Shown: positions 20,727-29,827 of the stretch, one piece after another
How the letters are laid out: the number at the start of each line of letters is the position of its first letter
Numbering within the stretch: position 1 is the first letter of the stretch
Source of the DNA: Vitrella brassicaformis CCMP3155
Lineage: Eukaryota > Protista > Chromerida
Assembly: GCA_001179505.1 (NCBI GenBank)
Contig: CDMY01000674.1
Coordinates: 1 to 32,287, forward strand
Reading direction: 5' to 3'
DNA length: 32,287 bases
Program-made: the position numbers and the translations under genes
Notes under the pieces: generated by a model
Seen by the model: only the letters and a program-made list of their open reading frames with translations
Told to the model about the DNA's origin: nothing
Database searches by the model: none

Positions 20727-22419
20727 ATGGCCCAATCATCCTCTGCCGCATCGCAAGCACCACCTTTGCCGCCCGGCTGTAGGCACCTGAACGACGTCTA
20801 CATCGTCCCTGATGAGGGCGTCAGTGCTCTCAGTCGGCAGCTGTTGGAGGGCTGCATCCGCCGCACCTTCCGCGATGCCGCCCAATTCACACAGCTGATC
20901 GAGCAAGGAGCCGACCCGAGAGCCGTCGGCGGCCTTCGTGTCCACGGCACCTCAGGACGCTGCACGTTGTCGCGATGCAGCTGCCTGTGTTTGGCCATCG
21001 ACAGCCAAACGAACGTAGCATTCCTCGACGCGGACGGGTATTTTCCTGCCATCGTGCGCGTCGTCCTGCCGCAGTGGTCGTCCCGTCAGCTGCAGCGTGA
21101 CGTCATCAATGCACTCATCGACGGCGGGGCGGAAATGAATGGCGGCGGGTTTGAGCAACGGCCCATCACGGTGGCGGTTCGTGCGGGCAGTGAGGCAACT
21201 GTGGAGGCCCTCCTGGCGCGTCAGGCCAACCTGCGGGGACTCAGGGTGATATATGAGCTTCCCGACATCGGTAGTGCAGCCCCTCCCGCCACTCGTGACT
21301 ACGAGGCCGCCCTCATGTCAATCTACCGTCGGCTCCTCCGACACGACAGCACACTCGCAGCGGAGCGGGTCGGTGGAAACAGTCTGATCCATTTGGCAGC
21401 CACGGCCCGCTCCATCTTCTCCCAGTCCTTCATCGACGCGTACCTCACCCTCGTCACCAGCCACGGAGCCGATATGACGGCGACAGACGACATCGGCCGC
21501 ACGCCATTGCACTGGGCAGCAAGAACTGGCTCCCACTGTGTGGCTCATTGGCTGTGCCGCCAGCTCACAGCCTACGACGTCAACAGAGGCATGCCGAACG
21601 AGACACCCCTCGCCGTCGCTGCCCACGAGCTCGACTTTTATAGGCGACAGTACCAGGGAGAGCGGCGCCAAAGACGGATCCGCGCGCACAAGACCACCAT
21701 CGGTGTGCTGCTGCGGGGCGGGGCGGCCCCATCGATCGCCCGCATGCCCACAGCAACCGAGGGGCAGCGCCGTCAGCGTCAGCTGGTGCTGGCCGAGTAT
21801 GCCACCGTGCTGAGTGAGCTGTCCGAGGTCGTCATGTCGGCCATCAACGGCGCCCTCGCCCCCCAGCGCGACCACTCGATGCTTCTCGCCCGTCTGCTGC
21901 CCCTCGCCCCCCATCACGACGGCGCCCACCCCCACCCCTCCCCATCCAACATGGCATTCGGCCCACACGAGGCTGAGGCCATCGCATGGAAGATCGGCGC
22001 CTTCCTGCACTAGCCCCCCGCTGCTGTGGCCGCCATCGACCAGTACCTCATCGGCGAGTCGGTGCTGAGGCGCCGCGTCAAGGCGGCCGTCGGCCACTTC
22101 GTCAAGTCGGCGGCCACACAGACGAGCAGCAACAGGGAGGTGGTGGGTGGCATGGCCAGTGTGGGCGGCGTGATAGTGCGTGTGCCCCTGCAATGCTTCG
22201 CCGTGAGGGGCAGCCATGATGTGGGGCCCCGCCTGGTGGGTGTGCGTGAGGTGGTGCACCGAGCCCGGCTGGACGAAGCGGCCACCCATGGTGTGGTTGG
22301 TGTGGTCAAGGGCTTCAACGAGCACCTGGGCGACCAGGACTGCCACTTCGCGTGGGGCCAGCTCGGGCGAATTGACAAGGGGACCGGCCTGTTTGTGTCG
22401 CTGGGCATCGACCGACTGA
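20727..22419 (+). pseudogene. Ankyrin-repeat family copy 2, with a premature TAG at 22011-22013 and a 4-bp duplication at the family stop
   Basis: CTGCACTAGCCC here versus CTGCACGAGCCC in copy 3. The downstream frame stays family-like (AVAAIDQYLIGESVLRRRVKAAVGHF...). At the end, ATCGAC-CGAC-TGA (22413-22416) shifts the normal TGA out of frame. Confidence 0.85.
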
Positions 22420-23528
22420 GAGGGAGGGGCGGAGGGAGAGGGGGAGATGGCAGTAAGGGGCGACGTGGCTGCATTCTTTCCTTCTTTTGCTGCAATTCAC
22501 GGACGCTTCTGTTGGCGAGTTTTGCCGTCTTTCAATTGCATACAAACAGTGACACGTGACATGAAACTTCGTGTTCATGACTGATTGATTCATGGCAAAT
22601 ACATACACATCGATTTCGTGCTGCTCGTTTTTGCTGCAGTTCGAGGACACGTCTGGACGGATTCTCTGTGTTGCATGTGGCCACGTTCAATTCAACACGT
22701 TTCAGTCAATCAATCTCGAGTTTTGCGGCATCCCGAGCACGCAGACCGTCTCCCGTCAGTCGCATGTGACTTAGACATGTGCTGACTGTATGTGCAATGC
22801 TCAACTTCAATGTCCTGCATTGCATCCATCCATCCACCCTGCTTGGGGCATAGGTTCGTGTCCGGTATGGGTGCATGCATCACTGGCTTACGATAAAGAC
22901 AACGAGACAACCAAGGGCAACACATTAAATTGAGGAGGCCTATGCTATTCCCGCCTGAGACACTGACTTTTGATTGAGCACCATACAGCAATAGCTTCAT
23001 GTGTGTCATGGTCCACCACCACCTCAATAAGTATGAAAACCAAAACTATGTGGTTAGGCAGTTACTCAGACACACACACACACAGACGGCGGGGGAGAGA
23101 GAGGAAGAGAGCCCGCCTGTTCAGTAAGCATGAGCTCGTTTGTATCCGTGAACGATGCTCAACGAGCTGTGCCCCGCTGTGTGGCGTCGTGTCGCTTGCT
23201 GTCGATCTATGTCCATCCATCCATCCATCAATCAGTCAGTCAGTCAGTCAGCCGGGCCATCCGTAATCGCACAGGCGAGCCCACGAGACGAATTGATTGA
23301 GATACATCATACGACACGCATACCAGCCTCGCTCCACCGCCCACACCCACACACACATCAATAAAGGAACAGACAACCGGGGTGTTGTCGGTCAGCCAGC
23401 AGCCAGCCAAAACCACACATATCCCTTTCTGTCCACTCCCGAGCCCCCTCTGTATATGGACACTCTCACATCTATCTATCGCCCGACGGAATGCCGCAGC
23501 GGGCGGCGCTGTCCGACTGGCCGGCCCT

Positions 23529-23866
23529 CTGCACAACACAGACCAACACACAGAGGCGAGAGAGGGGTTTCACCAATGGGGATGGGTACGTGCATCTATT
23601 TGCTCATCTTACTCACCACATGCCCAGAGTCGGCCGCAGCGCTGCGGCGGGGCTGCAGGCACCTCCTATGGCAGCCACACAGGCAGGCAAAGCAGTCACA
23701 CAGACAACGAATGCATCACAACAAATGCCCATCCCTCCTGGTGTGCACAAACCTGCTGATGCTGCCCTCCAGCTCGGCCGCGAGCTGCAGAAGACAGAGA
23801 GGGCAGCGAGCACACAAAGGATTCACACCCACACAGCTGGCATCTGTGTGATGCGTGTTCCTTTAC
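23529..23866 (-). other. Unassigned spliced exons on the minus strand, downstream of the prefoldin exons
   Basis: Three typical minus-strand introns (GTAAAG..CAG, GTTTGT..TAG, GTGAGT..CAG) delimit exons 23784-23753 and 23665-23617. The reading frame and product could not be fixed. Confidence 0.4.
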
Positions 23867-24150
23867 AGCTTCAAAGTGGTCAACGAGGGCGAGCGATACG
23901 CGTACAGAGTGGCAGGCGCAACAGCCGCATCAATGAGCAAGGGCGCCACAGCCGCGATCAAGTGGAGGATGCGGCCCCGCCATTCTCATGGCAGCTCACG
24001 CAAATCACACATACTCCCCGACGCGGGAGGGGATGAGAAGAAGAGCTAGCGCCAACCAGAACAGCAGAGAGCTGCGATGCGGATCAGGCGAACAGCCCGT
24101 AGAGGGCTGGTGGCCGCATCCGGGACGGCCCGTCGGCCGGATTGTCTTGC

Positions 24151-24418
24151 CAATCATCCTGAAGCATCGGCGCGTCGGCTTTACATTCTCGAACGCTTGA
24201 ATCACCAGCCTGCACAGCCATTCATTCATCCATTCACCGGAGAACAGCCCGTCCGTTTGCATGTCATCGCCGCGGTATTTCTGTCGTTCTTCTGACCTGT
24301 GTTCGCTCCTCTGCTGCTCCAGCTCCTGCATCTTCATGATGATGTCGTGGCGCTCCTTCTCCAACTCCTGCAGACGCTGCACGACCGCAGGATCTTGACC
24401 CTTCTGCCCACTCGCCAT
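24151..24418 (-). CDS. PFDN2: Prefoldin subunit 2 (PFDN2/Gim4), N-terminal half only; exons 24418-24297, 24209-24151
   Basis: MASGQKGQDPAVVQRLQELEKERHDIIMKMQELEQQRSEHR|LVIQAFENVKPTRRCFRMIG matches the PFDN2 pattern EH-x-LVI...R(K/R)C(Y/F)RM(V/I)G. The expected continuation GVLVERTVxEVLPAL is not visible downstream. Confidence 0.8.
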
Positions 24419-24886
24419 CGCCAACTCGCACAGATCTTGCTATTGCCACTCACAAGAGGTCTGCTGCGGCCTCCATCCGTTCATTGTGAGGGCAGTTTCA
24501 TGCCGACGACGAACAGTTGCACGGAATGATGCGAGCTTGGATTGTCGTTAACGGCAAGAGAAAGGAGGGGGGGAGAGGAGGATGCTTCCACAAGAAACAA
24601 AACAAACGACAATATCGAGCATTCCCGGGGAGTCTGATTCCCACCAGGGTGATTCACGTGATGGTACGGATGAGGACGAATGAGCCAATGAACCAATGAA
24701 CGACCCGTGATGGGAGCACCACTGTGTTGGGTTGGCATCTCTCTGTGTTCTCAGTTGATGTTTGGGTTGTGGCGGCTGTCGAGTGACTGACTGACCAGGT
24801 GCGCCACCAACGCTGGAAGGAAGAGGCATGCAAGTGACTGTCAGTGTGTCTGTGCCTACGTGCGTGCAGTGGTGTGACTCGGTGTG

Positions 24887-26617
24887 ATGGCCCAACCGTC
24901 GTCTGCCGCATCGCAAGCAGGAGCTCTTGCTGTGCCGCCCGGCTGCAAGGGGATGGACGACGTCGACATCGTCTTTGATGAGGGCGTCAGTCCTCTCAGC
25001 CGGCAGCTGTTGGAGGGCTGCATCCGCCGCGACTTCACCCAAGTCACACGGCTGATACGTCAAGGAGCCGACCCGAGAGCCATCGGCGGCCTTCGTGTCC
25101 GCGGCACCACAGGGAGCTCCCCGTACTGGCGCTACAGCTGCCTGTGTTTCGCCATCGACAGTCCATCAAACTACCCATCGCTCGACGCGAGCGGCGCTGG
25201 TGACCCTCTGCCCGTCGTCCTGCCGCAGTGGCCCTCCCGTGAGCTGCAGCGTGACATCATCAATGCACTCATCGACGGTGGGGCGGATGTCAATGGGAGC
25301 GGGGCGGAAAGATTTGAGCAGCTGCCCATCAAGGTGGCGATTCGTGCGGGCAACCTGACGGCTGTCGAGGCACTCCTGGCGTGTCAGGCCAACGTGCGTG
25401 GAGTTACGGCGATGGAGCTTCCAAACAGGCTTGGTGCTGCCTCTTCCGCCACTCGTGAGTACGAGGACCTTCTCATTTCGGTGTACCGCCGACTTGCCCA
25501 ACACGACAGCACACTCGCAGCGGAGCGCTTCAATGGGGTGAATCTGGTACATTTAGCAGCCACGCCCTTTTCTGCCTTCTCCCAGTCCTTCATCGATGAG
25601 TACCTGGAGCTCATCACCAGCCACGGAGCCGACATGACGGCAGCAAACAACAGGGGCTCCACGCCACTGCACTGGGCGGCAAAAGCTGGTTCCCCCTGTG
25701 TGGCTCATTGGCTGTGCCGCCACCTCAGATCCGACGACATCAACAGAGGACTGCCGCATCTGCCCAACCAGACACCCCTCGCCGTCGCTGCCATTGCTCT
25801 CGACATCCACACGGAACGGCAGCAGCAACAGGGAGAGTGGCACGAGAATCGCTCGAGACTTATCCTCGAGTACAAGACCATCATCGGTGTGCTGCTGAGG
25901 AGCGGGGCGGCCCCATCCATCGCCCTCATGCCCACCGCCATGGAGAGGGACCGCCGTCGCCGTCAGCTGGTGCTGGCCGAGTATGCCACAGTGCTGAGTG
26001 AGCTGTCCGAGGCCGTCATGTCGGCCATCAACGGCGCCCTCGCCGCCCAGCGCGACCACTCGATGCTTCTCGCCCGTCTGCTGCCCCTCGCCCCCCACCA
26101 CGACGGCGCCCACCCCCACCCCTCCCCATCCAACATGGCATTCGGCCCACACGAGGCTGAGGCCATCGCATGGAAGATCGGCGCCTTCCTGCACGAGCCC
26201 CCCGCTGCTGTGGCCGCCATCGACCAGTACCTCATCGGCGAGTCGGTGCTGAGGCGCCGCGTCAAGGCGGCCGTCGGCCACTTCGTCAAGTCGGCGGCCA
26301 CACAGACGAGCAGCAACAGGGAGGTGGTGGGCTGGACGAGATACCAGCAGCAGGGCGACAAGCGCGTTAAGGTGACCGTGCCGCCGCTGCAGTGCTTCGC
26401 CGTGAGGGGCAGTGGGGGGCAGGTGGTCCACAAGATGACGGGTGTGCGTGAGGTGGTGCACCGAGCCCGGCTGGACGAGGCGGACGGCCATGGTGTGGAG
26501 GGTGTGGTCAAGAGCTTCAACGAGCACCTGGGCGACCAGGACTGTCAATTCGCGTGGCCGCAGCTCGGGCGAATCGACAGGCAGATCGGCCTGTTCGTGC
26601 CGCTAGGCATCGAATGA
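24887..26617 (+). CDS. Ankyrin-repeat family copy 3, intact and intronless (576 aa)
   Basis: Uninterrupted ORF with ankyrin motifs GADVN...LPIKVAIRAGNLTAVEALL and GADMTAANNRGSTPLHWAAKAGSPCVAHWL, plus the conserved family C-terminal region. Confidence 0.9.
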   Translation: MAQPSSAASQAGALAVPPGCKGMDDVDIVFDEGVSPLSRQLLEGCIRRDFTQVTRLIRQGADPRAIGGLRVRGTTGSSPYWRYSCLCFAIDSPSNYPSLDASGAGDPLPVVLPQWPSRELQRDIINALIDGGADVNGSGAERFEQLPIKVAIRAGNLTAVEALLACQANVRGVTAMELPNRLGAASSATREYEDLLISVYRRLAQHDSTLAAERFNGVNLVHLAATPFSAFSQSFIDEYLELITSHGADMTAANNRGSTPLHWAAKAGSPCVAHWLCRHLRSDDINRGLPHLPNQTPLAVAAIALDIHTERQQQQGEWHENRSRLILEYKTIIGVLLRSGAAPSIALMPTAMERDRRRRQLVLAEYATVLSELSEAVMSAINGALAAQRDHSMLLARLLPLAPHHDGAHPHPSPSNMAFGPHEAEAIAWKIGAFLHEPPAAVAAIDQYLIGESVLRRRVKAAVGHFVKSAATQTSSNREVVGWTRYQQQGDKRVKVTVPPLQCFAVRGSGGQVVHKMTGVREVVHRARLDEADGHGVEGVVKSFNEHLGDQDCQFAWPQLGRIDRQIGLFVPLGIE

Positions 26618-26823
26618 CTTAGGTAGAAGGAGGGAGAAGCCTGTGAGCAGAACGAAGTGGCTGTATGTTTGAATGCGTCTTGACAACGTCGACTTGATTA
26701 CGTCAAATCGTGTCTTTCACGTGCGTGGCCTCCACGACATGAAGCATCTGTCACGTTGAGGCTTTCTGCCCTGAATCGACCCACATTCATTCATTCGAAC
26801 AATCTAATATAAAAAACCGTAAC

Positions 26824-26879
26824 AAACCCTAGCGTAACCCTGGACCAGGCTCGCCCAGGCTCGCCCTGCAGGCTCGCCC
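26824..26879 (+). promoter_or_regulatory. Telobox-like AAACCCTA followed by three CAGGCTCGCCC copies; possible promoter at the left edge of the repeat region
   Basis: AAACCCTA at 26824-26831; CAGGCTCGCCC at 26846, 26856 and 26869. Regulatory function is inferred only. Confidence 0.3.
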
Positions 26880-27038
26880 CACGATCGCGGTCCGCCCGCC
26901 GCAGTAGAGAATGAACAAGGAAGGAGGAGGAGGAGAAGGGACGTAGGGAGAGCAATGGTGCTTGTTGCGGAGCGTTGGGGCAGGTGGGTGGGTGGGAGGG
27001 AGGGAGCTGACATGCATTGCCTTGACTGCTGGCCTTGA

Positions 27039-27104
27039 TTCTTCGTGCAGGCCCGATCGCGCTTCTTTTCCTCGGCTCCCACCCGATCGGGTTTGCACGA
27101 AAAA
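27039..27104 (+). ncRNA. Candidate 66-nt hairpin, copy 1 of 4 (others at 27557-27622, 28405-28470, 28947-29012)
   Basis: 21-nt arms TTCTTCGTGCAGGCCCGATCG and CGATCGGGTTTGCACGAAAAA around a 24-nt loop. Transcription is unknown. Confidence 0.35.
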
Positions 27105-28077
27105 TTGCGTGTTGCAGACCGAGATTCGCCCGTCTCTCAGACAGCGTCGCACTCATGAGCCAGCCGCCTTCAAAGGCACCCTTGCTACGGGCCGCTCGCG
27201 AGCATGACAGGCATGACGGCGAGGGCTCACCCTCTCACAAATGCACATGGAGGACGGGGACGGCCACAGGGCATGCGCATTTCCACACTGGCCACGGGGC
27301 GGGGTGTGTGAGCGCCTCTGAGTGTTTGTTTCTGTCTGGCTTTGGCAGGGGTGTGTGCCGCATGGGCCGTTGAATGGGATGGTAAAGGATTAGAATGATG
27401 AGGAGAGGAAGAATCAGGTGAGGCGCAGCTCAAGACTGTAGCCATTGAATGATGTTTGGTATGGCTCTGTGCGGTCTGTGTGGTCATTGCTGACAGGCGC
27501 CTCATGGGCCCGGGTTCCCTGAGGCTCGGGGCAGATGGGTGGGTGGGAGCGAGGGATTCTTCTTGCAAGCCCGATCGCGCTTCTTTTCCTCGGCTCCCAC
27601 CCGATCGGGTTTGCACGAAGAATTGCGTGTTGCAGACTGCGATCCTGTGTAGTTATTGCTGGCAGGCGCCTCATAGGCTTCCGCCTACGTCTTCGCTCCC
27701 GTTGGACGAGGACTGGAGGACCCGAGTGGACAACACAGTTGGTTTCATCGATTTTTGACCTCACACACCAGGGCAGATGGGAGCCAATGCATGATGTGTG
27801 TGTGTTCTCTGTGTGTGTGTCTCTGTGCATCACATGCAACCTCCCACCCGCCCCCTGCACACACCGGTTGTGTCTCTCTCTGTCGTACGAAGACGAGGCC
27901 CAAAGGGCCGAGCCTAAGCGTGGCTTCTCTTGTCTGTGTGAGTTCTCTATCTGAGTTCCCTCTGTGTGTGTCTGTGTGCATCACTTGATGACCCCCCCAC
28001 CTACTCTCTCTCTCTCTCTCTCTCTCGCTATTTGTGTGTGTGTGTATGGTTGATGCGAAGGCGAGGCCCGAAGGGCC

Positions 28078-28377
28078 NNNNNNNNNNNNNNNNNNNNNNN
28101 NNNNNNNNNNNNNNNNNNNNNNNNNNNNNNNNNNNNNNNNNNNNNNNNNNNNNNNNNNNNNNNNNNNNNNNNNNNNNNNNNNNNNNNNNNNNNNNNNNNN
28201 NNNNNNNNNNNNNNNNNNNNNNNNNNNNNNNNNNNNNNNNNNNNNNNNNNNNNNNNNNNNNNNNNNNNNNNNNNNNNNNNNNNNNNNNNNNNNNNNNNNN
28301 NNNNNNNNNNNNNNNNNNNNNNNNNNNNNNNNNNNNNNNNNNNNNNNNNNNNNNNNNNNNNNNNNNNNNNNNNNNNN
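28078..28377. other. Assembly gap (300 N) inside the repeat region
   Basis: Run of N between the two duplicated units. Confidence 0.95.
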
Positions 28378-29456
28378 GGCAGATGGGTGGGTGGGAGCGA
28401 GGGATTCTTCTTGCAAGCCCGATCGCGCTTCTTTTCCTCGGCTCCCACCCGATCGGGTTTGCACGAAGAATTGCGTGTTGCAGACTGAGATTCGCCCATC
28501 TCTCAAGACAGCGTCGCACTCATGAGCCAGCCGCCTTCAAAGGCACCCTTGCTACGGGCCGCTCGCGAGCATGACAGGCATGACGGCGAGGGCTCACCCT
28601 CTCACAAATGCACATGGAGGACGGGGACGGCCACAGGGCATGCGCATTTCCACACTGGCCACGGGGCGGGGTGTGTGCGTGCCTCTGAGTGTTTGTTTCT
28701 GTCTGGCTTTGGCAGGGGTGTGTGCCGCATTGGGCCCTTGAATGGGATGGTAAATGATTAGAATGATGAGGAGAGGAAGATGACATCGTTCCTTATCAGG
28801 TGAGGCGCAGCTCAAGACTGTAGCCATTGAATGATGTTTGGTATGGCTCTGTGCGGTCTGTGCGGTTGTTGCTGACAGGCGCCTCATGGGCCCGGGTTCC
28901 CTGAGGCTCGGGGCAGGTGGGTGGGTGCGAGGGAGGGAGGGAGGGATTCTTCTTGCAAGCCCGATCGCGCTTCTTTTCCTCGGCTCCCACCCGATCGTGT
29001 TTGCACGAAGAATTGCGTGTTGCAGACTGAGATCCTGTGTAGTTATTGCTGGCAGGCGCCTCATGGGCTTCCGCCTATGTCTTCGCTCCCGTTGGACGAG
29101 GATTGGGGGACCCGAGTGGACAACACAGTTGGTTTCATCGATTTTTGATCTCACACACCAGGGGAGATGGGAGCCAATGCATGATGTGTGTGTGTTCTCT
29201 GTGTGTGTGTCTCTGTGCATCACATGCAACCTCCCACCCGCCCCCTGCACACACCGGTCGTGTCTCTCTCTGTCGTACGAAGACGAGGCCCGAAGGGCCG
29301 AGCCTAAGCGTGGCTTCTCTCGTCTGTGTGAGTTCTCTATGTGAGTTGTTGTTCTCTCTGTGTGTGTCTGTGTGCATCACTTGATGACACCCCCCCACCA
29401 CCTACTCTCTCTCTCTCTCTCTCTCTCGCTATTTGTGTGTGTGTGTGTATGGTTGA

Positions 29457-29553
29457 TGCGAAGGCGAGGCCCGAAGGGCCGGCGTGTGTGTGTGTGTGTG
29501 TGTGCATTCCACACACCCTCTGCACACATCGGTTCTCTCTCTCTCTCTCTGTC

Positions 29554-29584
<31 letters not shown>

Positions 29585-29669
29585 TGCGAAGGCGAGGCCC
29601 GAAGGGCCGAGCCGAGCGTGTGTGTGTCTGTCTGTGTGTGCATTCCACACACCCTCTGCACACATCGGT

Positions 29670-29705
<36 letters not shown>

Positions 29706-29822
29706 GGTGGGTGGGTGGTGCGAAGGCGAGGCCCGAAGGGCCGAGCCGAGCGTGTGTGTGTGTGTGTGTGCATTCCACACACCCTCTGCACACATCGGTT
29801 CTCTCTCTCTCTCTCTCTCTCT
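29457..29822. repeat. Composite minisatellite of three ~130-bp units: TGCGAAGGCGAGGCCCGAAGGGCC-(GT)n-CATTCCACACACCCTCTGCACACATCGGTT-(CT)n-(GT)n
   Basis: Unit starts at 29457, 29585 and 29719. Length differences come from the embedded microsatellites. Confidence 0.92.
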
Positions 29823-29827
29823 CCACC

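Larger units (their letters stand above)
27000..29480. repeat. Imperfect tandem duplication of a roughly 1.1-1.4 kb non-coding unit, with an internal sub-duplication
   Basis: Matching landmarks: 27039/28405, 27557/28947, 27897/29287, 28065/29468. The copies differ by SNPs and small indels. The period is uncertain because a 300-N gap lies between them. Confidence 0.9.

Noticed and set aside
22011-22013. TAG reassigned to Glu (paralogs have GAG here)
   Set aside because: TAG serves as the normal stop in the F-box gene (3201) and the GST model (10550), so a point mutation or error is simpler.
23855-24049. Plus-strand ORF SFKVVNEGERYAYRV... as a terminal exon
   Set aside because: Flanking intron signatures point to the minus strand, and it is the in-register antisense of a minus-strand frame. 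No supported upstream plus-strand exons.
29275-29310. Hammerhead ribozyme (GACGA-GGCCC-GAA-GGGCC-GA resembles stem II)
   Set aside because: The required CUGAnGA and GAAA core nucleotides are absent (AAGACGA and GAGC instead), and I found no stems I or III.
29457-29822. CRISPR-like repeat-spacer appearance
   Set aside because: The intervening sequences are near-identical microsatellite blocks, not unique spacers. There are no cas genes and the context is eukaryotic.
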